Shown here: piece after piece, positions 19,330-29,359 of the stretch
How positions within the stretch are numbered: the first letter of the stretch is position 1
Layout of the letters: each line of letters begins with the position of its first letter
Source: a virus
Virus record (IMG/VR): IMGVR_UViG_3300050343_000230
Span: 13,500-77,499 of that record
Reading direction: 5' to 3' (one strand)
Length of the DNA stretch: 64,000 nt
The notes under the pieces: generated by a model
Told to the model about the DNA's origin: nothing
The model's input: the letters and a program-made list of their open reading frames with translations, nothing else
The model's database searches: none
Position numbers and translations under genes: made by a program

Positions 19330-19367
19330 TACACTATGCCCTGGTTTAAGTCAACTATAATTCTATT

Positions 19368-19721
19368 ATGGCTTATTCAAAGAATTATGACCGCAGTTTA
19401 GATGCGGGATCTTCTGGTGGAGAGGTTAATGACCTTAACCCACAAAGGGCTTATGACGTAGATATTCGTCGATTAGATGAGGATGAGAGAGAAATCGCGA
19501 AGGCTGCGGACACTCGCAACGTAGGGAAGCAAAATCGTGTTGAAAAGTTTCTGCGAGCAAAGCGATCTGCAGGTAAGTTTTCTCAGAAGAGAAAATTCGA
19601 CGGTCCATGGACGAACAGAGAAGGACAAGTCCCTGCTTTTACCGAAGGTGATCAGTTTGGCAGGGCCGGTTCAACGAACTATGCAGATAAACCACAAGCG
19701 TCAACCAGTAGCTTTTTCTAA
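19368..19721 (+). CDS. hypothetical protein
   Basis: 117-aa ORF preceded by TATAAT. Confidence 0.6.
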   Translation: MAYSKNYDRSLDAGSSGGEVNDLNPQRAYDVDIRRLDEDEREIAKAADTRNVGKQNRVEKFLRAKRSAGKFSQKRKFDGPWTNREGQVPAFTEGDQFGRAGSTNYADKPQASTSSFF

Positions 19722-20302
19722 GCCTTAGCTAATATTACTTCCAGCGGCTGGTTCTGATATTTTCCTTTGCGTTCTAAATAGCTCACTTCACAGGGCTCAC
19801 CCTGGTAGAACAAGAGCTGGCAAATACCTTCGTTGGCGTAAATTCTATTGAACAAAGGAGTGCAATTACTAATCTCCAAAGTCAAATGCCCTTCCCAACC
19901 AGCCTCCGCAGGAGTAATGTTAGCCATAATGCCAGCCCTGGCATAAGTACTTTTGCCTACAGCCACCACCGTAACGTCCCTGGGTAGAGCCAGGCGTTCA
20001 ATAGCAACGCCAAGGCAGTAACCGTAAGGAGGCAAGATAAAATACTTTCCGCGCTCGTCTTCATGAAGTGCAGTCTCCTTTAAAATTTCAGGATCGAAGT
20101 TCTTAGCATCGCACATTCCGTGCTGAACGCCACCAAACAAAAGGCACTGACTGGGAGATAACCGGATATCGTAACCATAAGAGCTAAGTCCGTAACTAAG
20201 TACAGGTACATCTTTTTCTTTGGTCACAAGACGATCCTGAAAGGGTTCAATCATCCCCTTCTTTGCAAATTTACGGATCTCTTTATCGCTTAGAACGCTC
20301 AT
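19718..20302 (-). CDS. dcd: dCTP deaminase
   Basis: SYGLSSYGYDIRL, GKSTYARAG, PAEAGWEGHLTLEISN, YANEGICQLLF. Confidence 0.95.
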   Translation of the reverse strand: MSVLSDKEIRKFAKKGMIEPFQDRLVTKEKDVPVLSYGLSSYGYDIRLSPSQCLLFGGVQHGMCDAKNFDPEILKETALHEDERGKYFILPPYGYCLGVAIERLALPRDVTVVAVGKSTYARAGIMANITPAEAGWEGHLTLEISNCTPLFNRIYANEGICQLLFYQGEPCEVSYLERKGKYQNQPLEVILAKA

Positions 20303-20325
20303 CTGACTATGTCTGTTCAGATAAT

Positions 20326-20919
20326 CTACACCAGCACTCTACCTTTTTCAGAGTAAATATCGACAAAATTTTCAGTTGCTTCAGCGATATTGTCTGGTGG
20401 ACCTAAGTAGACAATCATAGAAACCCCAGTAGACTTTGGCTCCACTTTGTCATCAGCATAATAGTGACGCAATAAAGAAGGTCTTTGCTTCATGATGCAC
20501 ACTGGATGATCAAAGATGTCCTGGCTGTACATCACCATATCCACATAATTGGTAAGATAAACAGCTTGCTCTACTTCACGAGCCAACCATTTACGCTTTA
20601 AAGTTCTCCACCAGAGAGAATGCCCTGATGTAAGAGTGGGTGACAAACCTCTAGTCGGCTTCCAGCGAGCATTCTTTTTATCCCAGAAGTAAGACTGGTG
20701 TGGAGGAAATAAGTAGACTTTGCCAAACCATTTTTGATCGTTAAGCCCATCGTCAACTGGGTTGTAATAATTTTTTGCTCCTACATACGGATTGGCAAAG
20801 GCTGAGCTAGCAGGATCAAGATCAATTTCACCCATGAGCATATGGGCAGAGTCAACTAAATCACGATTTGAAATCCATTCAAAGTCTTCAGACTTTAAGT
20901 TCCCTCTCCTTAATCCCAT
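20326..20919 (-). CDS. phage DNA N6-adenine methyltransferase-like protein (atypical FPPH motif)
   Basis: IDLDPASS...DDGL...WFGKVYLFPPH. Confidence 0.65.
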   Translation of the reverse strand: MGLRRGNLKSEDFEWISNRDLVDSAHMLMGEIDLDPASSAFANPYVGAKNYYNPVDDGLNDQKWFGKVYLFPPHQSYFWDKKNARWKPTRGLSPTLTSGHSLWWRTLKRKWLAREVEQAVYLTNYVDMVMYSQDIFDHPVCIMKQRPSLLRHYYADDKVEPKSTGVSMIVYLGPPDNIAEATENFVDIYSEKGRVLV

Positions 20920-21302
20920 TATTTTGCATCCTTTTCATAATCAACTACAAAATAACGCATCCCCTGACTGTCATTGAGAATATAAGCAGCTGCTGCAGTG
21001 GGATCGATCTTAGCTGCTGACTCAAGAATTGTATTAAATGTTTCTGCCATTTTCTTTTCACCCTTACGTTCAGACTCTTCCTTGGCAGCGTGGAGTTCTT
21101 CTAGTGTCAGCCAGAACATTGAACGTTCATCCTCTGGTTGCATTACCAATGCACCAGGGCCTTCTGTTTTCCAAAATTCAAAAAAATATTTACCCATATC
21201 TGCCAAGATAATTCTGGCAGTTACGTCTGCGTAAGCTGCGCTATTACCATCGACATCCTTCCCGCAAACAGCTTGGAGGATTTTTTCTCTTCTATCTGTC
21301 AT
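20919..21302 (-). CDS. hypothetical protein
   Basis: coupled ORF in the minus-strand operon. Confidence 0.65.
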   Translation of the reverse strand: MTDRREKILQAVCGKDVDGNSAAYADVTARIILADMGKYFFEFWKTEGPGALVMQPEDERSMFWLTLEELHAAKEESERKGEKKMAETFNTILESAAKIDPTAAAAYILNDSQGMRYFVVDYEKDAK

Positions 21303-21756
21303 TGGTGATCAGTTTTTGTTTTTGCAAGACAGTCAACATCTTAGGTAATGGCTGATAGATAACAACCATTTTTCCCAAAACGCCCCGCTTTTTAATCAGC
21401 TTACCATTTTCATGACGCATTTTTTCAAACTCACCTGAACGGATTAAATACTCAGCAACGCAACGTAACCGCCGTTTCAAGGGTAGATCAGCATTGGGAA
21501 AACGAGTACAAATCGTATCAGGTGTCATATCACGGAAAGCCAACCGTAAACGGTTAGCTAACGTCATATTGCTATTAGGATCCTCTAACTCAAAATCTTT
21601 GAGCAATTGGATGTATCGCTGTAGTACCTCGTTATCAAAAGAACCTGATGGAGGTGTGAATGGTTCCACTTGCAAGATCAAGCTTTCAGGAAGAAGCTCG
21701 ACATAATTATCAATAGTTAAGTTTTCGATCTCAACTTTGTCAAAACGATGCGGCAT
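21292..21756 (-). CDS. hypothetical protein
   Basis: start reassigned to MPHRFDK. Confidence 0.65.
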   Translation of the reverse strand: MPHRFDKVEIENLTIDNYVELLPESLILQVEPFTPPSGSFDNEVLQRYIQLLKDFELEDPNSNMTLANRLRLAFRDMTPDTICTRFPNADLPLKRRLRCVAEYLIRSGEFEKMRHENGKLIKKRGVLGKMVVIYQPLPKMLTVLQKQKLITNDR

Positions 21757-22210
21757 CTTTTTCTTCCTGAGTTCTAGGGATAGGAACGTTGTCCCAATGC
21801 GAGCGGTCATGAGGCTCATAAAGAGGACGCTTGCTTTTGTCAAAAGTCCTGAGGGTAGCCTCTGGGCCTTTGTGATAAGACAAGATCAACTGGTTCCAAG
21901 GGATACGAACCAATTGTTTTTTGGCACCTGCGGGAATAACAATGTAATGAACCCCCTGGACCCAGCCGTCAAAGCCCTTGGTCTTGTTACGTTTCTTGCC
22001 TTGCAAAATCCAATTACGAATCGTTTGATCCGTTACGCCTAAACGTTTTGCACACTCCTCAGTGGAAATGTATTCATCAGAATAGATTTCAGGACTGACC
22101 ATATCAGTCTCATCCTTGCTATACCGAGAATGCCACATAGAAGCAAGTATATTACGGATGCCTTTCAGCTCTCCTGCAATAACGTCTAAGCTCTTATTTA
22201 CTTCCGACAT
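21740..22210 (-). CDS. HTH (excisionase/MerR-like) DNA-binding protein
   Basis: YISTEECAKRLGVTDQTIRNWI. Confidence 0.75.
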   Translation of the reverse strand: MSEVNKSLDVIAGELKGIRNILASMWHSRYSKDETDMVSPEIYSDEYISTEECAKRLGVTDQTIRNWILQGKKRNKTKGFDGWVQGVHYIVIPAGAKKQLVRIPWNQLILSYHKGPEATLRTFDKSKRPLYEPHDRSHWDNVPIPRTQEEKDAASF

Positions 22211-22248
22211 ATACGAAAGTTTAATGCTACAGTTCATTTGAAAATACT

Positions 22249-22749
22249 GTGTTTTTGATGGAAGATCAAGTAACTCAGCAAAGGGATTTTGTTACTCCCA
22301 GTCAAGTCCCTCAAGAAGGGAACTATTTTGAGAACCCTGAAGGCCCTCGCTACAACAATCCAGCTGAATACGAGCAGGCCATGGCAGCTCAAACACCTCA
22401 ACCACAACAGCCTGGTGTTCAGTTCAATGTGCCTGATTTTGCAGCCATGCGGCAAGCTGCTTTACAGCAAGCAATTGAACAAGTAAAAGGTCAGCAAGTC
22501 CCTACTCCTCAAGCTCCTCCCGCAAGACCACCACAAGCGATTCCCCCTAATCCACCACGGGCTATCCCACCTAATCCCCCAAAGCCTCAGGTTCAACAAA
22601 ACCCTGAAGTCATATATGTCAGGCGCAACCTGACATTTGCAGAATTAATTATTGTATTCGCCCTTTCAGTTGGTGTTGTAACAGGTATTCAATTTGGATG
22701 GTATGTAGCTACTGATGTCTTGCCACGAATTGAGATCCGCGATAAATAA
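22249..22749 (+). CDS. P/Q-rich protein with a C-terminal TM helix
   Basis: AIPPNPP tandem repeat; LIIVFALSVGVVTGIQFGW. Confidence 0.6.
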   Translation: MFLMEDQVTQQRDFVTPSQVPQEGNYFENPEGPRYNNPAEYEQAMAAQTPQPQQPGVQFNVPDFAAMRQAALQQAIEQVKGQQVPTPQAPPARPPQAIPPNPPRAIPPNPPKPQVQQNPEVIYVRRNLTFAELIIVFALSVGVVTGIQFGWYVATDVLPRIEIRDK

Positions 22750-22790
22750 GCAGTCCTATAATCAACAAAGGATCTTAGCGTTATAGCAGG

Positions 22791-25247
22791 GTGGCAAATA
22801 GAAGAATAACGCAATTCCCTGTTATTGCACCAGGGGATATCAACGATCAAGACGTGCTTACTTTGGTGCACGTTTTTGAAGTTGACCCTGCACTGCGTAA
22901 TAAAAAGTTTAGCTTTGAACAGCTTCGTTTATATCTAGACGAATACTATATCAACACAGCAGAGTTTGATCCTCTGGTAGCAGGAAATGTTATTGTTTCT
23001 GGATACGCCATTATCAGTGGCGAAAGCATTTTTGGATCAACGTTAAATGTTAGTGGTAATACTTTTTTCTCTTCTGATGTAACAATCACAGGAGACCTAA
23101 ACGTATTAGGAGATTTAAATCTCACTGGTGACTTAAACGTAGACGATATTGATGCAGTTTTTATTACCACTGATGGATTCGAAGCTCAAGTATCTGGTTT
23201 TATTAATAATCTTTCTGGTAATACAATCCAAGCCACAAGTGGAACGTATCAACACACTTCTACTGTTACGCAAACAGGTATTACTTCTAATTTTGTTAAC
23301 GGTAATTTCACCAACTTAACAGCAGATTTTGTTGATATAGGAACAATTGAAGTCAGTGGTATCACTATTACAGGTGAGCTGATTTCTAGTGGAACAATCA
23401 ATGCAAATGATATCAATGTAACTGGCACCCTATCGGGCGCAACAATTACTGGTGATGTTGTTAATGTTACAGATCTGAACGTTACCAGCGGGAATTTCGA
23501 TTACATCTCCGGTATCACAATTACTGGCGACAACGTTGGAATTGCTAACGGTGAATTTACCAGTATGACTGGTGAAGACCTACGCTCCCTTAATCTCTCT
23601 GGTACGACAATCACCGGAGAAGATGTTTTCATCTTTAACGCGACCATTGTTAGTGGCAGCTATCAAACTCTGACGGGGCAAACCTTTACAGGAAACACTA
23701 GCAATATTCTGGACGCAAACATTACTGACTTGTATGCAGAAGTTGCAAACATTGATAATGCAACAATTACTGGTTTAACAGTACACACAATTACTGGAGA
23801 TGTTGCACAGTTTGAAGCCTTGTACGTTAGTGGTGATGCCACTATTACAGGCAATATAAATGTCAGCGGTGACCTTGTTATTGATGACATTACTGCTGAT
23901 CACATTGTTGCCAACAGCGGAGAATTTGGATCAGGCTATTTTCAATACCTTTCAGGCTTAGTAATCTCTGGGGAGAAAGGAGAATTTGGTCAAATTGACG
24001 TTACAGTTCTCAATGCGGCTGCTCTTCAATTTTCAGGTAACCAGGCTATTAGTGGAAGTTTAGATGTTATTGGAGATATTACAGTTACCGGAGATGTTTA
24101 TGTTCGAAGCGGTTTAACCGTCACAGGAACAATCAGTGGCACTTCAGGAATCTTCCCAACACTTGATTCAGATGTAACCAGAGTTAGTGGCCTCGAAGCT
24201 CAAGTTATCTGGATCAGTGGCGATGCTGTGGTCAGTGGTAATACTGAGTTACAAGGCAATTTAGATGTTAGTGGTTCACTGTCTACCAGTGGTGTTCTTA
24301 CCGTTCTTGACAACGTATTCGTCAGTGGTGATGTTGTAGTTGGCCCAAGTGGTGATCTTATTGTTTCTGGTGAAAGCCTCTTTGAAGGCAGTGGTTTATT
24401 CCTGGAAGATGCAATCTTTGCATCTGATGCAACAATCACTGGTGGCCTTAGTGTCTCAGGTGATTTAGAAATTGCTGGAGGCATTATGCTCACTGGTGAT
24501 TTAAATGTCAATGATTTAACAGTTCGCAATGAATTATATGTAGGCAGCAATACAGTTATTAGTGGAGACCTCACTGTTACTGGTGGACTGTCAGTCAGTG
24601 GAGCAGCAGAATTTTTAAATGCCGTAACAATCTCAGGTGACCTGTCAGCTGATAACATTGTTGCGACAGGAAACATTATTGTTACAGACAATATTACTGC
24701 TACAGGAGATATTTCTGGAGATAACGGCAATTTCCTCGGAACAATTACTGGTGACACAGTTCATGCGATCACAGTAACGGGAACGACTGCCAGTTTTACC
24801 TCTGGTTTATTTGACACGATTGTTGTCAGTGGTTCTCATACAATCAGCGGCAACTTAGCGGTAAGTGGTGATTTAGAAGTTGATGGTTCCGGTTTATTCC
24901 AAGGAACAGTAACGGGATCAACAGCAGACTTTACTTTCGTATATGGAAGGAATACCGTATCAGGATTAATTGTCACTGGCGAAACAGGTAATTTTACAGA
25001 GATCCTTGCGAGTGGCATTGAATGTAGTGGCATCACTGTCATTGATGAACTTAACGTACCCTTTGGAACAGTAACTGAACCTGGATTAGGTTTTAAACGA
25101 CAAGGGCAGCCAACCGTTTATGACGGCATCATGTGTGAAAATATTGGCGGACAGTACAGTGAAATGACTTTCGTTAACCAGCAAGCGTCAGGAATGACAC
25201 TTTCTTCTGGTAATGGAAGGTTCATTCTAACAATTTGGGGTGGCTAA
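22791..25247 (+). CDS. tail fibre/spike protein (repetitive beta-helix)
   Basis: MANRRITQFP N-terminus; dozens of [VI][ST]G[DN]L repeats. Confidence 0.75.
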   Translation: MANRRITQFPVIAPGDINDQDVLTLVHVFEVDPALRNKKFSFEQLRLYLDEYYINTAEFDPLVAGNVIVSGYAIISGESIFGSTLNVSGNTFFSSDVTITGDLNVLGDLNLTGDLNVDDIDAVFITTDGFEAQVSGFINNLSGNTIQATSGTYQHTSTVTQTGITSNFVNGNFTNLTADFVDIGTIEVSGITITGELISSGTINANDINVTGTLSGATITGDVVNVTDLNVTSGNFDYISGITITGDNVGIANGEFTSMTGEDLRSLNLSGTTITGEDVFIFNATIVSGSYQTLTGQTFTGNTSNILDANITDLYAEVANIDNATITGLTVHTITGDVAQFEALYVSGDATITGNINVSGDLVIDDITADHIVANSGEFGSGYFQYLSGLVISGEKGEFGQIDVTVLNAAALQFSGNQAISGSLDVIGDITVTGDVYVRSGLTVTGTISGTSGIFPTLDSDVTRVSGLEAQVIWISGDAVVSGNTELQGNLDVSGSLSTSGVLTVLDNVFVSGDVVVGPSGDLIVSGESLFEGSGLFLEDAIFASDATITGGLSVSGDLEIAGGIMLTGDLNVNDLTVRNELYVGSNTVISGDLTVTGGLSVSGAAEFLNAVTISGDLSADNIVATGNIIVTDNITATGDISGDNGNFLGTITGDTVHAITVTGTTASFTSGLFDTIVVSGSHTISGNLAVSGDLEVDGSGLFQGTVTGSTADFTFVYGRNTVSGLIVTGETGNFTEILASGIECSGITVIDELNVPFGTVTEPGLGFKRQGQPTVYDGIMCENIGGQYSEMTFVNQQASGMTLSSGNGRFILTIWGG

Positions 25248-25289
25248 AGTAGAATGAAAAGATCAGTAGTGGTAGTCAGGTAGAAAATT

Positions 25290-26075
25290 ATGCCACAGTA
25301 TGGCGAAGTACGGGTTGATTACATCACCTATACAACCGGCGTTGTTCCGGCTGAAGGCAATCGGACTGTCACAGTTTCAAGCCTGATCGGTAACCCTACT
25401 TTTACTGGTGATGTCATTATCTCTGGTAACACATTTATCAGTGGTCAATTAGATGTTAGCGGTAACGTAATCTTTGACCAGAATTTAAATGTTAGTGGGG
25501 ATACTACTCTCAACAATTTAACTGTCACAGGAATTGCTTTTGTCGATGAATTGTATGTAAGTGGTGACACTACTGTTACTGGCAATGTTGGCATCAGTGG
25601 TGATACTGATATTCGCGGAAACTTAACTGTTACCGGGACATCTCAACAGATAGGAAATGCACAATTTGGAAGTGATGTTTGGATCAGTGGTCTAACCACA
25701 ATTAGTGGTGATCTTTACGTATCTGGCACTATTTCAGGTGCCACGGATGGTGGCGTAAATGGTTCTGGTTATTGGAAGATTCCTTCCGGTACATCTGCTG
25801 AACGTCCTACTGGTGCAGGCCAAGTTCGTGCTGGCATGATCCGGTACAACACTACTCTTGATACATATGAAGGATTTGATGGTGGTGAATGGGGACCACT
25901 TGGTGGAGGTGCAACCGGTTCTGGGACTGATCGCGTATTTGTACTGAATGAACAAAGTGTCAACACTAACTACACGATCCCCGATCAGATGAACGCTACC
26001 AGCTGTGGACCGATTACAATTGAAAATACAGCAGAAGTCATCATTGGCGATGGCGAAAACTGGTCAATCGTTTAA
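25290..26075 (+). CDS. tail fibre-associated protein
   Basis: SGD repeats; PSGTSAERP...GMIRYNTTLDTYEG fibre motif. Confidence 0.7.
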   Translation: MPQYGEVRVDYITYTTGVVPAEGNRTVTVSSLIGNPTFTGDVIISGNTFISGQLDVSGNVIFDQNLNVSGDTTLNNLTVTGIAFVDELYVSGDTTVTGNVGISGDTDIRGNLTVTGTSQQIGNAQFGSDVWISGLTTISGDLYVSGTISGATDGGVNGSGYWKIPSGTSAERPTGAGQVRAGMIRYNTTLDTYEGFDGGEWGPLGGGATGSGTDRVFVLNEQSVNTNYTIPDQMNATSCGPITIENTAEVIIGDGENWSIV

Positions 26076-26086
26076 CTTAAAGAGCA

Positions 26087-27517
26087 ATGACATTACAACT
26101 AGGCGGCGACGGTGTAATTACAGGTTGTACTTCTCTTCAAGAACCTGATCTTACTGTTAGTGGTTTAACAATTAATGGCGCTCTAGAAGCTCCAAAAGCA
26201 ATCGTTAGTTCTGGTACTGCTGCAGAACCTTCTTATACGTTTAGTGGTGATATAGATACAGGTTTATATTATGCAGGCACTAACACTATTGGTGTGTCTA
26301 CTAATGGCACCCCTGCAGTAATAGTTAACGCTGTTCGCCAAGTGCTAGTGGGAACGACTAGTGCGCGTAGCGATTTTAATAACGGTACTGCATCTTGCAA
26401 AGTGCAGTTAGAAGGTACTAACTTTCCTTCTTCAAGTATTTCAATTACACGAAACTCTAGCGGTGTAGGAGCCCCCGCTCTTGAACTTGCAAAAACAAAA
26501 AGTACCGATGTTGGAGGAGTTGCGGCTGTTGTAGCTAATGACAAGCTTGGAACCATTAATTTTTCCGGATCGGATGGAACAGATCTTATCCGTGGTGCCA
26601 GGATTGAAGCTCACGTAGACGGTACACCTGGCACTGATGACATGCCAGGTCGCCTAGTGTTCTTAACTACTGCAGCTGGTATGGCATCACCAGCCGAACG
26701 TTTGAGAATTAATAAGGAAGGTAAGCTGTTGGTGGGGATTACTAGTGATTTTGGATCAGGTTCTGCCGGAGATCTTATTCAAGCTGCGTCAGGTTCAGGA
26801 GGTCATCTTTTACTTGGAAGAGAAGACTCCGCAGTAAGTGCCAATGAAACTATGGGACTTATCCGTGGCTATAGTTACGCAGGTAGCGTATGGGGAGAAG
26901 CTGCAAGAATTTCTCTTCAAGCTGATTCTAATCACATATCTACATCTAAACCCGGTCGCATACTTTTCTCCATTACTCCTGATAGTGCGACTACCCCTAC
27001 GGAGCGTTTTAGACTTGATAATGAGGGTAGAGTTGATCATTTTGCTAGTGACGCAAATGCTTATGACTTACATGTCGCAGACAGTGGTGCTACTGACGTA
27101 GCTTTTGCGGTTAAAAGTGGTGCGACTAGCCTTGACGACGGCACCCTAGTCATGAACATATTGGCAGATGGTGATATAGAAAATGCAACTGGTAGGTACA
27201 CACAAATTTCTGATCTTAAATTCAAAGAAAATATTATAAATGCTTCATCTCAATGGGAAGATCTTAAAGCGATTAGAATAGTAAACTTTAACTTCAAAGA
27301 AGAAAAAAATTGGGGTACGCACAAGCAAATTGGTGTTGTCGCTCAAGAAATTGAGGCTGTTTCTCCTGGTCTTGTTTGTCAAAGAAAAGAGGAAAATGGC
27401 GAAGAGTATAAATCCGTTGCATACTCCGTGCTCTATATGAAGGCAGTCAAAGCTCTTCAAGAAGCGATAGAGCGTATCGAAACCCTTGAACAACGCCTAA
27501 CTGATGCTGGCCTTTGA
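26087..27517 (+). CDS. tail fibre with C-terminal peptidase S74 intramolecular chaperone
   Basis: SDLKFKENI...GVVAQEIE...VAYSVL...ALQE. Confidence 0.85.
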   Translation: MTLQLGGDGVITGCTSLQEPDLTVSGLTINGALEAPKAIVSSGTAAEPSYTFSGDIDTGLYYAGTNTIGVSTNGTPAVIVNAVRQVLVGTTSARSDFNNGTASCKVQLEGTNFPSSSISITRNSSGVGAPALELAKTKSTDVGGVAAVVANDKLGTINFSGSDGTDLIRGARIEAHVDGTPGTDDMPGRLVFLTTAAGMASPAERLRINKEGKLLVGITSDFGSGSAGDLIQAASGSGGHLLLGREDSAVSANETMGLIRGYSYAGSVWGEAARISLQADSNHISTSKPGRILFSITPDSATTPTERFRLDNEGRVDHFASDANAYDLHVADSGATDVAFAVKSGATSLDDGTLVMNILADGDIENATGRYTQISDLKFKENIINASSQWEDLKAIRIVNFNFKEEKNWGTHKQIGVVAQEIEAVSPGLVCQRKEENGEEYKSVAYSVLYMKAVKALQEAIERIETLEQRLTDAGL

Positions 27518-27569
27518 TCTTAAATAAAAATCTCTCACGTTAGAATAGTTAAAAAGTAGTTGGTAAAAA

Positions 27570-29330
27570 ATGTCTGGCGTTCTTCGTTTAAGCAATAACG
27601 TTACTGGTCGCAGCACCATTGTTGCTTCTGCAAATACTGACCAGACTTTTACTTTGCCTTCAATTGGCGGTACACTGTTAACTGGTGGAAGCAGCTTAGA
27701 AGTAATATTTCCTCCAGGAACAGAAGCCTTACCTGGTCTTCATGTACAAGGTGATGTAGATACAGGTTTATATGCTCCTGCAGCAAATTCATTAGGTATT
27801 TCTACGGCAGGATCCCAGCGCCTAATAATTGACGCTTCTGGCAGGGTTGGAATTGGAAATTCAACTATGTACCAATACTTAGAAGTAGGCTTTACTGACG
27901 ACAATGCTACTTTTCAAGGCACTGGTGCTTTCGGAGATTGGGGTGCAGGTTCTAGAGGGATTTTACTTGAAAACAAAAGTTCTACTACTGGCTCTAAAGT
28001 ATTAGCTCAATTTAGAAACACTGCTAATGATTGGTTTGCAGGCACCGCTCATAATGGAACTAACACTGATTTTATACTTCAGCGTGAAAATTTTGATCCT
28101 ACCCTAATAGTTAGTGCCGAGGGCAGGCTGTTGATGGGCACACCGTCTGATATTACTGGTAGTACAAATTATATTCTCCAAGCTGCAACCACAGGTGGTG
28201 GAAGTATAGCTCTTGCTAGAAATGATGGGACAGTAGGAGTAAATGAATCCATGGGGAGGATTACCTTTTATGGTAATGACGGGGGAACTTATGAAGCTGT
28301 TGGTCAAATTGATTGTCAAGCAGATGATCCTCATGCAGCAGGTGACAAACCAGGTCGCCTAGTGTTCTCCACTACTGCAGATGGTGCGTCAGCAGTAACT
28401 GAGCGAATGCGACTGGACAGTTCGGGTTCGTTGTTGATTGGGTCTACTCAAAATCAGATAGTTGGAAGAGGATCTATTGGCGGACGTCTTCAAGTTAGTG
28501 CTGATGACAACGAAGCAGCAATAACAATTAAAAGAGCCACTGCGGGTGCATTCGGTAGCTATCTTGGCCTTGGTAAAGCGAGAGGAACACTAGCGTCACC
28601 TAGCATCGTTCTAGATGGTGATGAACTTGGAACAATTTCTTTTGGAGCTTATGACGGAACAGACTACGCATCATTTGCTGCACAAATCACAGCTATTGTA
28701 GATGGTCTTACCGGTGAAAATAACACTCCAGGGAAGCTTCATATCTATACGACTCCTGCTGGAGGTAGTCAATCATTGGCACGAATGCAGATAGATGCTC
28801 GTGGGCAGTTTATAGCTATATCAGATGGAACAGGCTCTGTTGACAATATGTTATCAACTCTAGGTGCCAGTAGTAGTAGCACAAAACTACTTTCTTGTCG
28901 GCGTAATGCAACTAGTGAAAATTTTGGATCAGGAACAGAAGTCTGTGTAATCCGAAGAAATGGAGATCTTGATAACACGAACAATTCGTATGGCGCTCTT
29001 TCTGATATTAAACTAAAAGAAAATATCGTTGATGCTGGCTCTCAGTGGGAGGACTTAAAAGCAATTCGGTTCCGTAAATACAATTACAAAAAAGAAACCA
29101 GAAACGATACGCTTACGCAACTAGGTGTTATTGCACAAGAGCTTGAACTTGTTTCCCCTGGCCTGGTTACCACTACTCCAGACCTGGACGAAAACGATGT
29201 TGATCTTGGCACAACTACTAAAAGTGTCAAATATTCGGTGTTAACCCTGAAAGCACTTGTTGCATTACAAGAAGCCATGACTCGAATTGAAGCTCTTGAA
29301 ACCGAAGTCAGCTCACTTCGAGCTAAATGA
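27570..29330 (+). CDS. tail fibre with C-terminal peptidase S74 intramolecular chaperone
   Basis: SDIKLKENI...GVIAQELE...VKYSVL...ALQE. Confidence 0.85.
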   Translation: MSGVLRLSNNVTGRSTIVASANTDQTFTLPSIGGTLLTGGSSLEVIFPPGTEALPGLHVQGDVDTGLYAPAANSLGISTAGSQRLIIDASGRVGIGNSTMYQYLEVGFTDDNATFQGTGAFGDWGAGSRGILLENKSSTTGSKVLAQFRNTANDWFAGTAHNGTNTDFILQRENFDPTLIVSAEGRLLMGTPSDITGSTNYILQAATTGGGSIALARNDGTVGVNESMGRITFYGNDGGTYEAVGQIDCQADDPHAAGDKPGRLVFSTTADGASAVTERMRLDSSGSLLIGSTQNQIVGRGSIGGRLQVSADDNEAAITIKRATAGAFGSYLGLGKARGTLASPSIVLDGDELGTISFGAYDGTDYASFAAQITAIVDGLTGENNTPGKLHIYTTPAGGSQSLARMQIDARGQFIAISDGTGSVDNMLSTLGASSSSTKLLSCRRNATSENFGSGTEVCVIRRNGDLDNTNNSYGALSDIKLKENIVDAGSQWEDLKAIRFRKYNYKKETRNDTLTQLGVIAQELELVSPGLVTTTPDLDENDVDLGTTTKSVKYSVLTLKALVALQEAMTRIEALETEVSSLRAK

Positions 29331-29359
29331 TTTAAACTAGTATTACTAGGACGTAAAAA

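Noticed and set aside
24200-24757. Long antisense ORFs (e.g. 24200-24757, 36930-37538, 15517-15963, 61104-61562)
   Set aside because: They are shadows of real genes caused by codon bias or repetitive sequence, with no recognisable motifs or start signals.
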